The notes under the pieces are model-generated. The model saw nothing but the letters and a program-made list of their open reading frames with translations. It searched no databases and was not told the DNA's origin. 64,000 nucleotides of DNA from Octopus bimaculoides (taxonomy: Eukaryota). Numbering within the stretch: the stretch's first letter is position 1; each line of letters begins with the position of its first letter. A program made the position numbers and the translations under genes. The stretch covers positions 32,840,914 to 32,904,913 of the forward strand of contig NC_068981.1 in the NCBI RefSeq assembly GCF_001194135.2, given 5' to 3'. Below, piece after piece: positions 40,396 to 52,530 of this stretch.

Positions 40396-41035
40396 GGGAG
40401 GGAACCTTTGGCTTAACCCATGATTGCCAAGGAGTGTCACTGTCATACAAACAGTGTAGTTTGTTTCCACTCTTCATGAAAAGATGTCCAGCCATGAGTG
40501 AATATTAACTTGTTTCAAAACAGATGAGTGATGGTGGCAGAAAGAGCATCTGGCCATAGAAAATTTGCTTCAACGAATTCTGTCTGATCCAGACTATTAA
40601 AAAAAAAAAAAGACAAATTGACCAGCACTTCTCACCCATGCACATCATATCAAAATATAAAGTCAATATTATTATTAATGTGAAAGCACATGGCTTAATG
40701 GTTAGGGTGTTGCACTCATGATCATTAAGATTGTGGTTTCAATTCCTGGACCGGGTGATGCAAAACATTTCACCTCATGCTCCTCCAGTTCACTGAGCTG
40801 GCAACCTGCAACAGACTGGCATCCCAACCAGGGCAATAATATATACGCCCCAGAATCATATAATCCTTTGGCTCAAAGAAGACATTTGATTTGATTTTCT
40901 TTCTTTTTTTGATCATTAGATACAGATACCAGGTGTGATTAATTAGAGAGTAACATTGTTATTCCGTAGAAAGACTCAAAGATGAAATTTCACAAATATC
41001 TTCATGAAAATAAATAAAACATCTTAATTTTAAAA

Positions 41036-41041
41036 TTTAAT
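41036..41041 (-). terminator. Candidate polyadenylation signal (ATTAAA) of SmB
   Basis: ATTAAA on the minus strand about 150 nt after the stop, followed about 15 nt later by a U-rich tract (tgttttatttatttt). Confidence 0.45.
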
Positions 41042-41191
41042 TAGCATCAAATAATTGTGTGTGGAAAAAAATGCTTAGAAAAGGAAACATATCGGAATAG
41101 TATGAATGATATCTGAATTTGGTTGTAAAATGTTCATGAATTTTTGCAGTTGTAAATCACTGCCCTTTCCTAGATAGACTTAGGTATTTGG

Positions 41192-41232
41192 TCACGGTCG
41201 TGGGGGAGGTCCTCTCATACCAGGTGGTGGGC
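41192..41232 (-). CDS. SNRPB: SmB' terminal coding exon with stop codon
   Basis: Acceptor ...attttctatttttag at 41233; phase-consistent reading (G)PPPGMRGPPPRP then TGA at 41194-41192, resembling the human SmB' C-terminus GPPPPGMRPPRP. The three exons give 131 aa in the window. Confidence 0.92.
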
Positions 41233-41613
41233 CTAAAAATAGAAAATAAAATATATAAATATATCATGAAAAAAAAAAAACACAGGTAAAAAATGAAATT
41301 AAGAAACTTGAAACTTCTGTAAGCACAATGAATTAAATTCCAAATTTTATTAGATTATTGTAAATATATATTGCAATGAACAGCAGAAACAATAGCACGG
41401 AAATACTATAATGCCTTGTGGTAGTTAATCATGTTTCTTTATATGCCGAGTTTTAATCCAACAAAGATTGACTTTACTTTTCATTCTTTGAAGATTGATA
41501 AAATAAAGCAGCAATCAACTACAGAGGTTGATTTAGTCAATGTTCACTAAAGCAAAATGTGCCCCCTTGTACCTAGAAATTAATATTGTTCCTGTTCCTT
41601 CTATTACTATACT

Positions 41614-41840
41614 TTAACCCTTTAGCATTCAGATTATACTGTCAAACATAATGCTTATTTATTCCAATTGTCTTGTACTAATCATGCATTATCTCATAGC
41701 TTCGAGATTTCAATGATGTGATTGCTTATTTTTAGACTGACATTGTAGTGAAGGTGAGAGAGGCTGGATCTGGCCAGTTTGAACATAAAGCACATAGAAT
41801 ATTGGGCCAGATTTGGCCAGTTTAAATGCTAAAGGATTAA
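41614..41840 (+). mobile_element. TTAA-flanked MITE (family E, piggyBac-like ends)
   Basis: TTAA|ccctttagcatt ... aatgctaaagga|TTAA; about 220 bp, non-coding. Confidence 0.85.
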
Positions 41841-42769
41841 ACTTCTACCTGCATCACTACTAAATTCTCACTCAGTCTTGTGAGTTTCAGAACAAATGTT
41901 AGTACAGGCACCAGAAATAAAACACCCAGTATGCTCAGCAAAGTGGTTGGCATTAGGAAACACATCCGGCTATAGAAACCATGCCAACACTAAGACCATG
42001 CAACCCACACCAGCATAGGAAGCAGATATGAAATGAGGATCATGACAACAAATTTGGTAAATTTAATGTCAGTCAAGGTTCTTCACACTGTTATCGTATT
42101 CTCTACCTCACAAAATGTTCATATCTTGACATGAATTTCAGAGAGGATATAAGAAGTAGAACAAGACTTAACAGCAAAACAAGACTAACAGTTGTTATAG
42201 AAAGGAGTCATGACTATGTACTCAAATTAATTTTGGATTTCACCTAAAAACAATCTTCACAACATATGACGTGTTACAAGCCAACAAAGTAGCCACTAAA
42301 CAGTTACCCAGACTGTTAGAAATGGTTGTCAAGTTTTCCTCAAATTCCAGCCGTTTTGAAAAGAAACTGGCACATTAGATGGTGTGGTTGTAGAAACCCT
42401 TAAAAAGTCAGGATGGTCACAGATTTGCTTGACCAGGGTTGAACTGGAGCTAAACAACAGATAACACTGAGTGGGTGGGCAGGCAGGCAGACAGATATAA
42501 TTACAGTTTATTTAGCTCTGTATGTTCACATACTAGGGTACATGGATGTATATATTGGGTTGGTGCAGAATCAACTGCTTTATAATTTAATTAATAATTA
42601 ATCAAAAATAAGTCGTTAATTACACACCAATCCAATATACACACATGATAAATTATATTATTTGTGTGTGTGTTATGGTTTATTTAACCTTGCACGTATG
42701 TATATACACATAATAGATTATACACACACACATATATATACACTTAGACACACAAAGCAGGGTGCATGG

Positions 42770-42836
<67 letters not shown>

Positions 42837-44629
42837 ACATTACATTATATATCATCATCATCGAAGTCCATGTTCCATGCTGGCATGAGTTGACATGGAA
42901 AAGAGGACATTTAAACGTGTGTGCGCACGCACACACACACACACACACACACACTCATAGAGCTTAAATATTTCAGACACTGAACACTTAACTTACTAAA
43001 TAGTTGAAATGTACTTTTAAAAAGCATCCCAACAATTGGATTTGTTTGAGATTTTATTTCTGGCAGTGTATCATCTACTACCTACCACAAGCAGAAATAC
43101 TAAAATTCTGCCTGATGCAGCAGCCACAAGAGAGTTCAGCTGAGCTCCAACCAATTATTGTCATAAACAGTTAAACACTGTGGGAATCAATATATCTAAC
43201 TAAATTGTGACCGTCGGTTATCTATAGAGCACTTTACTTAGCTGCTACTGGCAACAACACACTAAACAGCAACAGCAACAGCATCCAATCGCCACAGCAT
43301 GAATTGGAAATTCAGAGTAAGGAAGAAGTGGGGAGGAGAAATCTTCAAAGTGAAGAAAGACTGGTGGAGAGGAGGAGGTGGTGTGTTTGGTTTAAATTGA
43401 ACTTGTTTGATGGAAAATATGTGAGTGGTGTGGTGTGGATGTAAAGTAATGGGAAAGGGAGGCAATTAACACAGTATCTTGTAGGCACAAAAACACCTGA
43501 CAGTGCCCAAAGGCAGATTGTTAATGCATATTCTAGCTGTAGAACACAATAAATGGAAGCAGTATTCAAAAAGATGAAATTGCTTTAATTTGATAGCCCA
43601 GCAGATAAATTCAGAGTGCCACAACCTTGGGCCATGGTTGAGGTAATTGCAAACTCGTGTAGTGTATCTTGTCTGTCAGTAAAGAAATTGCAGACTAGAT
43701 ATTTTTGGTCCCTTGCTAAATAAAAATAACAACAATAACAACAGCATTAAGAATAATAATAACAATAATTTTACTGCAACAAATAATAAATGCTGCAAGA
43801 ATAGAAAAATCAGAAAATGGAAAAATGGAAAAGACTGCTGCAGATAATACGAAGAGGGAAGCAACATCAAGTAACAGAGAAAGATCAACAACAGAAATAT
43901 AACTTGTGTTATTTTCCTAATCTCTCCCTCTAGATTACTTTTCAATACACAACATTACAGGAAAACCTATACAAAAGGCTGCTGAATAAACAAACAGCTA
44001 AGTTACTCTTTACTGAGAAAACAAACTAATTTATAGCCGCGATGTTATCCTTGACGTAATATTATCAACATTTATTGTAATCATGGACCATTATCAAAAC
44101 TGCAAAAGCAGTAGTATTTGTTTGTTTGTTTCATGTCCATTTTTACAAGCTAGCATGGATTGGATGAATATTTATTATTGAAATATTATTTTAAAGTTGG
44201 ATGCCCTTCCTGTCACTAACCTTCATGTTTTCCCAAGTGAAAGATATTTTTTATTCCATCTTCAAAAGCACAGAGCTAAGAATAATTTGTTAACAAGGAA
44301 TGTCAGCATAACATCACTGTTTTTTTTTATTTAATAGGTTTCATCCAGAAGTAGAATGTAGACATTCACCCACACACATTAGCCTTGTGGTTAAAAAGTT
44401 CACTCCTCAATTACATAGTTTCAGGTTCAGCATAAATACAGACAGGGTTATGTGACTAAGAAACTTGCTTCTCAATCATATGGTTACAAGTTCAATACCA
44501 CTGCATGGCACTTTAGGCAACTGTCTTAGCTGTAACCCTACACTAAAAAGCTTGTTGGTGAATTTAGTATATGGAAACTGTATAAAGCCCATGTGTGTGC
44601 ATATGTATGTATATAAGTATGTTTGTATG

Positions 44630-45420
44630 TTTCTTCTATCTTTTAATTATTATAAATCCTCCACTAAGGAGGGAGCCGCTTTCCGACAAAGATACAAGGC
44701 TCCATCATTGGGATGGAGTTAACACAGACAGATTCACATTTGGCACTTGTGAAAAAAGTCTTGCATATTTTTACTGTTCCACTCACAGATTGCACCTGTA
44801 ATGTACGAATTAGCCAGTCGATTTCTCTTTCTGAAAATCTCAGTTTATCCAGATTCTCCTTCAAGTATTTACTAACAAAACCTAGTGTTCCAATTATCAG
44901 TACGAATATGAATTCATAGTTTGGATATAGAAGCTGGAGGTTTCAGAGCAGTTGTCCATAGATACCCTCTTTTTCTTTGATTTTCAAAGTGATATTTATA
45001 TCTGCAGGGCAGCTGACCTTTATAATGGTACATACCTTTGCCCCTCTGTCCAAAACAACAATATCCAGCTTGTTATGCTTACATTTGATAGAAGTTTTGA
45101 TGGGAAGATTCCACCAGCATTCCTTGAGTTGGTGTTCATGAATGTATTCCATAACAAAGGGATTTTCTAAGTTTATTTCAGGACTGTCTTTTTTGCGGAT
45201 GGCATTGTAAATTGTTTTAGCAACAGCATCGTGCTGCAGAGGGAGGTAGTACCATGACGACATTTTAGGACGGCTGCTAATCACATGCATGTTATCTTCC
45301 ATGGAAACATGACATAGCCTACACATGCGGTTGCACCTTGGGATTACAAGAGTGTAACTGTCTCTCTTGTTCACCAGGTACTTTGTGGCAATCTCTTGTT
45401 CCGAGATTGCAAACACATAG
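44630..45420 (-). mobile_element. 3' fragment of RLE-bearing non-LTR retrotransposon inside the last SmB intron
   Basis: CRLC...MHVIS zinc-knuckle, HDAVAK, WWNLPIKTSIKCKHNKLDIVV...IIKVSCPADINI (degenerate PD..D/E-x-K-type restriction-like endonuclease region), C-terminal GTVKICKTF, then a 3' UTR ending in a decayed (CATA)n tail. Confidence 0.88.
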
Positions 45421-46929
45421 TAAACTCTGTAACGCGGTTGGTGTTAGGAAGGGCATCCAGTCATAGAAATCATGCCAAAACAGACAATGGAGCTTAGTGT
45501 GGCCCCTTGTCTTACCAGTTCCTGTCAGGCTGTCCAACCCATGGAAAACAAACATTAAATGATGGAAGTCAAAATTTAAAAACAAAAAACAAAGGAAGGG
45601 TGCACAATTGTAAGAGACATTAAAACATTTTATAGTAAGGTTAAAAAAGAATATTCATCACACACATGGTTTTCCTCTGAAATCATCTGATACCAATTGC
45701 TTAACACCAGGTCAGCAATGATTGAGCAAACGTGATCAAAGATTATTTTCCAATCTTTTCTTTTTAAGCAAAAATGGCTGCTGTTTTTAGCAGGTCAAGC
45801 CAACAACTGTTTGCTCTCAATAAGAGATTCAATAACTACCTAGAGCTGGTGATATTTACAGGTTTTAATTAAGAGATAAACAAATCACATTGTACTCTAT
45901 GGGTGCAACCAGTGCTGACTGCAATAGAAAGTATATGATGCCATGAGTATAATAACATTATTTGAAGGTGTTAGCATGATAATCAACCCACTATCAACAG
46001 CAACACTGACCATCTCTCTTTAAATCCACCAATCTATTAATGAAAGCCTCTTCCATATAATACACCAAATTAGGGAACCTTTTCTACATCGATAATAAAC
46101 AGATTCATAATTACTGATATTGATCAAGTTTTAATTACATAATAATTTAAGTAGTTTGCCTTTTGCCTATTAATAAGCAATAAGTATACAAATGGGCACC
46201 ATGATATGTATGGTTGCAACATCTGCCAGAAATGGAGTATTTCACAGTGCAGTGACCCCATGCCTGGGAACTATGCTCAGTGCAAGTGCATAAAATTGTT
46301 TGCATCTAAGATCATTAATTTGAGTAAATCCAGGAATCTGCAGCTAGTTGGTGTATGTGTGCATGTGTACTTGTTGCTCAAGTAATGGTACATTTCTAAT
46401 CAAATCACAGCCCTTATGAATAAAAATGGTTAAGTGTTTTTTTTTTTTTTGTTGTTTTTATATTTCTGCGGTTAAATATGTGTTCTATAACTGCTGATAC
46501 GGTAACAATGTTGTTTACAGTTGAAAAGGTAAATAATGCTCTGAGTACCATAAACTAATACATTAAAATAAAAACAAGGAAATTTGTTTATTTTCTGGGA
46601 TATACAAGAGCAAGCACCATGCAACATCTGCATTTTACATTGTGAAGTTGGTTTCACAGAATCAGTTGTTCCAAGATAAGCATGTAAGCTCAGTAAATCT
46701 CAATATCTATTGTTAAAATTGCTTTAAATTGTTTAATAGCTTCTTTTCAAGAAGTTTTCTCTGGATGACCATAGGGACACCAGCAGAAGTATCATGGTAT
46801 CTGGAGCCATACTGAACTTCTACAAAACTACTCTGCCTTTACATTGAAAGAGAGAAAGACACATGCAATTTACACTATGTTAGCACACAAAACAAGATAC
46901 AATGAAATAAAATTGAAATGGTCTAATAC

Positions 46930-47040
46930 CTGGTGGTGGTCCTCTCATAGCAGGTGGAGGTGGTGCAGCACGTCCCATTGGAGGTGGCCCTCGCATTCCC
47001 ATCATCATATTTCCAGGAGGTGCAGCACCCCGAGCAGGAG
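46930..47040 (-). CDS. SNRPB: SmB/B' penultimate coding exon (111 nt, phase 1-1)
   Basis: Acceptor ...gatttatctgttttag at 47041, donor CCAG|GTATTA at 46929. In frame with upstream exon: (A)PARGAAPPGNMMMGMRGPPPMGRAAPPPPAMRGPPP, typical SmB proline/RG tail. Confidence 0.92.
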
Positions 47041-47207
47041 CTAAAACAGATAAATCATCAATACATTAACAAGAGCAAAAGTTATTGCCTATAAGTCCAA
47101 TACACACTATATATATATAGAAATAATTGAGATTCAGTTGAATTAGGTAATTAAGCTGAAGCACCAAGTCAGTCCGGTATTATCCACACAGCTCCAAGTA
47201 AGGTGAA

Positions 47208-47255
47208 TAAAATCAAAATAAGCAACAGGATATCCTGTTGCTTATTTTGATTTTA
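47208..47255. repeat. Perfect 48-bp palindrome without spacer
   Basis: taaaatcaaaataagcaacaggat|atcctgttgcttattttgatttta. Confidence 0.95.
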
Positions 47256-48789
47256 AAGTCTGTCATACCGGCCATGATGAAATACCACAAGGTATAGAAA
47301 ATACGTATTCGCCTTTATATATTTAATCCTTTATATTGAACACTCAATAAGACATATTCCATATATCCAATAAGACATTCAATACTTTATTTCATAGTAC
47401 CATCCATTTTTATTTTATATTATATATTATATATTGTGTATTCCATATCCCACATTGGTTTTGCAGGAATATAAATAAAACATAAAAAACAGACAGTGTT
47501 GGAACTCTTTTAAACANNNNNNNNNNNNNNNNNNNNNNNNNNNNNNNNNNNNNNNNNNNNNNNNNNNNNNNNNNNNNNNNNNNNNNNNNNNNNNNNNNNN
47601 NNNNNNNNNNNNNNNNNNNNNNNNNNNNNNNNNNNNNNNNNNNNNNNNNNNNNNNNNNNNNNNNNNNNNNNNNNNNNNNNNNNNNNNNNNNNNNNNNNNN
47701 NNNNNNNNNNNNNNNNNNNNNNNNNNNNNNNNNNNNNNNNNNNNNNNNNNNNNNNNNNNNNNNNNNNNNNNNNNNNNNNNNNNNNNNNNNNNNNNNNNNN
47801 NNNNNTGTGTAAACAACATGAAGTATGAAATCAAACAAGTTAAACACGCAAAGAAAAAGAGAAAAAAATGGAAAACAGGACACGTAACACGGAGAAGGAC
47901 TCTTCATCAGTTGTCGGCCGTGTATCAACTCCTCATTTCGAGCATTCAATGACAATATGAGTCTTCGAAGACAGTTGCTGCCATTAATTCCAAAATAAAA
48001 TTTGGGATTTATGGAGGGTCAAATTTGGGAACAAAAAGAAGACAGAGATATACAAGGAAACCGAATAAAAACAAACATGGAGGGTTGTTAGATCAGAACG
48101 AGAGGAAAATAGTGAATGCTGGGGGAAATATTTACTTTGAAAAGAGAAAAGATAGTAGAGAGATAGATAGAAACAGAAGAGCGAGATAGATAGAAGACGT
48201 CCAGTCCTTAGAACGTCGTGCAGGAAAACAAAGATGGTCACATGAGGAAAAGAAAGATGGATGATGGTCATGTGTGAGCAACAAATTATATACAAATTAT
48301 TTAAATGGCTAGTCACAATTTAAAACCAAAAGGCACAAGTATAGACGTTACTAAAAGTGACTAATAGTGCAAGTAAGCACCAACATTGCTAGAAATACAA
48401 CTCTTAGCCATGAACAGAACATTTTGTTACAAAAGCACTTATCTATCAACTGCCCAGGGGCAACGGGGTAGCGTCAGTGATGAGAATTAATTTGACCTAA
48501 AAATCACTGTGATATGGGACCCTCACTTGCTTAGGGAGCCTGACTCCTTTGTCAATCAATAGATTAGTCCCTTTGTAACAGAAAATGTTCTGTTCATGGC
48601 TAACTGTTGTTTTAACTCTTATTTCTAGCAATACATGTGAGAGAGAGAGAGAGAGAGAGGGGGATAAAGTGAGAGTATGCATGTGTGTGAGTATCATTTA
48701 ATAAATGGGATTTAAATGCAAGTTACGGTAAGTTTCATGCTCTGTTAGTACAATAGTTGTATGAGCTTCTATAGCATGCCATTGAGCAT

Positions 48790-49180
48790 GTACTAGGTAT
48801 GGGTGTGTGGTAAGAACCTTGATTCCCAACCACATGGTTCCAGGTTCAAGTCCCACTGAGTGGCACCTTGGAAAAATTTCTACTACAGCCTCAGGTTGAT
48901 TGAAGCCTTGAGTAAATTTAACAGATGCAAACCAAAAGAAGCCTATCACACGCGCACACACACACACACAAATGTGTATGTGTGTCCACGACAGGCTTCA
49001 CTACACAACAGTTGTTGATGTTTATGTCCCCACAACATAGCGGTTCACAAAAGGTACTGATAGAATAAGAACCAAGCTTGAAAAAATAAGTATTGGGGTC
49101 AATTCATTCAACTAAAAAGTCTTCAATGCAGTGCCCAAACATGGCCACAATCTAATGACTGAATCAAATTAAAAGATATT
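48790..49180 (+). mobile_element. SINE family A, diverged full-length copy in SmB intron
   Basis: Same head, body and tail order as 11142-11553 with many substitutions. Confidence 0.8.
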
Positions 49181-49244
49181 TTATATAAATATATATATAT
49201 ATATATATACATAGATACATACATATATATATATATATATTAAA

Positions 49245-49410
49245 AGCACCCACTACACTCTGAGTGGTTGGCATTAGGAAGGGCATCCAGCTGTAGAAAC
49301 TCTCCCAAATTAGATTGGAGCCTGGTGTAGCCATCCGGTTGCACCAGTCCTCAGTCAAATCGTCCAACCCATGCTAGCATGGAAAGCGGACGTTAAACGA
49401 TGATGATGTC
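49245..49410 (+). mobile_element. Family D retroposon end, opposite orientation
   Basis: Ends catgctagcatggaaagcggacgttaaacgatgatgatg, the reverse complement of 63566-63610. Confidence 0.87.
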
Positions 49411-49501
<91 letters not shown>

Positions 49502-50138
49502 CATACATACATATATATATATATACACACACACATACACACTAGGTAGATAGACAGAATGGAATAGTGTGAATGTGAAATAAAGGAATGGTAAGAAACC
49601 AAGTAACACAATTCAAAAATACATCTTTCAAGGAACTAAAGTGAGTTTGTGCACTATTCTACATTTCACTTAGCACCACTAAGATTTCATGCAACACATA
49701 CACACACAAAGAAGCAATTGAAGAACTCTTCCAATATCAAGATAGATGCCTAAGAATTAAATAATAAAAGTAGATTGAAATATTAGAAGAATAGACAATA
49801 GAAGTGTCAGTGTACACTGGAGAAATATCTCAGAAAAACATCTAGAAATATTCTGTTATTTGCAAGTTCCTTTTCATGAAATAACAAAAATCTGGAAGTC
49901 AAATGAAAGAATTAAGGAGCTAACGGCTAACTTAGACTTTCATAGATCTGCAAGCAAGTTTTAGAACACAAATACAAAACAGAAATTAAATAACAATAAC
50001 ACATTCAAATATAATTCATAAAATATACTGCTTGTGAACATTTATCACAGTAAAATAAAACAAATAACAACAAAATTTAACGAAACAAACTGTGTGTGTA
50101 GCCATGCCTATGAGTGCAAGTGTGTATATGTATGTGTG

Positions 50139-50180
<42 letters not shown>

Positions 50181-50521
50181 CATACATACATACATACACA
50201 CACATATTCTAAGACACTACAGAGGAAAGCATTTCTATGAAGAAGCAGTTCTAGAAGATTTCATGCCTAAGTAAACTGATGTCCATTCAAACAAGAAGAC
50301 ATAAGAAGGACAATATATGAATCAATTTTGCAATATATCGCCGATTTAACTCATGGCAATATTTTTCTAATGTTTCTCATTTTTATATCATTTTCTCTCT
50401 ATTATTTTTCGCTCAGATGGAAATTTTTAATGAAACAAACCAACAATAAATGTGTTGGTAGAGGAGAGAGGAAAAACAAAAACATTAAAAAAAATTTTTT
50501 TCTTCAACTTTTCCTTTAAAT

Positions 50522-50573
50522 TCATATATACATACATACATACATATATATATACATACATACATATATACAT

Positions 50574-50606
<33 letters not shown>

Positions 50607-51338
50607 TACATACATACATATATATACATACATACATATATATACATACATACATATATATACATACATACATATATATACATACATACATATATATACA
50701 TACATACATACACATACATNNNNNNNNNNNNNNNNNNNNNNNNNNNNNNNNNNNNNNNNNNNNNNNNNNNNNNNNNNNNNNNNNNNNNNNNNNNNNNNNN
50801 NNNNNNNNNNNNNNNNNNNNNNNNNNNNNNNNNNNNNNNNNNNNNNNNNNNNNNNNNNNNNNNNNNNNNNNNNNNNNNNNNNNNNNNNNNNNNNNNNNNN
50901 NNNNNNNNNNNNNNNNNNNNNNNNNNNNNNNNNNNNNNNNNNNNNNNNNNNNNNNNNNNNNNNNNNNNNNNNNNNNNNNNNNNNNNNNNNNNNNNNNNNN
51001 NNNNNNNNNNNNNNNNNNNNNNNNNNNNNNNNNNNNNNNNNNNNNNNNNNNNNNNNNNNNNNNNNNNNNNNNNNNNNNNNNNNNNNNNNNNNNNNNNNNN
51101 NNNNNNNNNNNNNNNNNNNNNNNNNATATATACATACATACATATATATACATACATACATACATATACATACATACATACATATATAAATACATACATA
51201 TATAAATACATACATATATAAATACATACATATATAAATACATACATATATAAATACATACATATATAAATACATACATATATAATACATACATATATAA
51301 TACATACATATATAATACATACATATATATATATATAC
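50522..51338. repeat. Compound (CATA)/(TA) minisatellite of 15-18-bp units spanning an assembly gap
   Basis: Repeated catacatatatata / catacatatataaata / catacatatataata units either side of the N run 50720-51125. Confidence 0.88.
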
Positions 51339-51799
51339 ATGTCTTTCATTTAAAGAAACATAAAATATACACAAATTGAATACCGAAAACCCAGTTGAGT
51401 CATCTAAATACTATGTTGATTTGATGAATGGATATATACAAAAGGAAAGTAGAGAGAGATGAAGCAGTACAGACAAATGATGTCAGAAGAAGGGGAAGAA
51501 AAAAACCCCCTTCAGAGATAGAAAATTAGAAACAAATAACGTTTCGGAAAAAGAAAATTATAAATAAATATTTGCAATTTAAGGTTTGTTTTTAACCTCA
51601 TAGTCAGATTTTCATAACCAAGAGACTTTCTATTTCTCTCTCTCTCTCCAAAATTATATTAAACAAATTTGCTATCATATAATATTAATCCTTTAAGAAA
51701 AGTATAGTATAAATTCAATACAAAACAGACTAAAATTAAAAGCCACACCAACATCAAGCCAAAAGCTATCATGTGCAACAAAACACACATGATAGCAAG

Positions 51800-52130
51800 T
51801 GATTTATTCCTTTTCAGTAATATTGCTGTTGTTTTTTTTTTTAAGTCTTGAACTCTATTTTCTTGTGTTTTTTTTTTTAATGAGATCAAGTTTTATTGAT
51901 AAGCCATGAAAACACATACACCCACACAATTAGATGAACTATACAGCAGTAGGGAAGCTAATAATGTTAAAACGTTTCCTGTATCCCAGATTGCTAATTT
52001 GAATGCTCTCACATTCATACAGACAGAGTGATAAAAGTTATCAATCCAGTAACAAGTCACAAACTCAGCTGACATTAGAGATGCCATTATGAAGAAACAT
52101 CAGCATCAAAAATTATACAATTCAACAATG
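51800..52130 (-). pseudogene. Rho-family small GTPase-like relic in the SmB intron
   Basis: IDNFYHSVCMNVRAFKLAIWDTG has exactly the DNY-to-WDT spacing of Rho proteins; LYSSSNCVGVC aligns to Rnd1 CYSDSDAVLLC; a frameshifted ILLKRNKSL resembles ILVGNKxDL. No intact P-loop; stop and frameshift present. Confidence 0.42.
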
Positions 52131-52299
52131 ACTTCCTAGATTTGACTTCTTCAGACAAGAGGTCATCTTTAACAGATAGATGTCCATCCAAAAGAAACTT
52201 TAAAACAGTGAGGTAAAGAAACTACAACACAGTGTAATCAAACAATTAGGCACAAATGCAAAAATCAAAGTTAAAAAAAAAAAAAGCAAGTCTAGTACT

Positions 52300-52530
52300 T
52301 TAACCATTTAGCATTTAAACCAGCCATATCTAGCTCAAATATTCTATTCTGTTTTATGTTCCAACTGGCCAGATCCAGCCTCTCCTACCTACCCTACAAT
52401 GTCATTCTAAAAATAAACAATCACAAATTTAAAATCTTGAAGCTACATGATAATATATAATTAATTTTTTTTTAATGTGGATAAATAAGCATTACATGTG
52501 ATAAATTAATCTGAATGCTAAAGGGTTTAA
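52300..52530 (-). mobile_element. TTAA-flanked MITE (family E), inverted relative to 41614
   Basis: TTAA|ccatttagcatt ... aatgctaaagggt|TTAA; interior is the reverse complement of the 41614 copy. Confidence 0.85.

Larger units (their letters stand above)
17511..51125. other. Assembly gaps (N runs)
   Basis: N at 17511-17949, 21738-22177, 25676-26299, 31348-32295, 47517-47805, 50720-51125, plus several 10-N placeholders; most abut microsatellites. Two gaps fall in the long SmB intron and could hide exons. Confidence 0.98.

Noticed and set aside
46844-47044. Plus-strand ORF MKERKTHA...
   Set aside because: Antisense shadow of the SmB exon 46930-47040.
17445-51374. Long ORFs of 130-400 aa containing X runs
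   Set aside because: Open only because they span N gaps.
51893-52087. Calling the KLAIWDT ORF a functional Rab18 or Rho gene
   Set aside because: No in-frame P-loop, WDTG lacks the DTAG alanine, no GT donor at the expected place, and a stop follows; kept only as a possible pseudogene.
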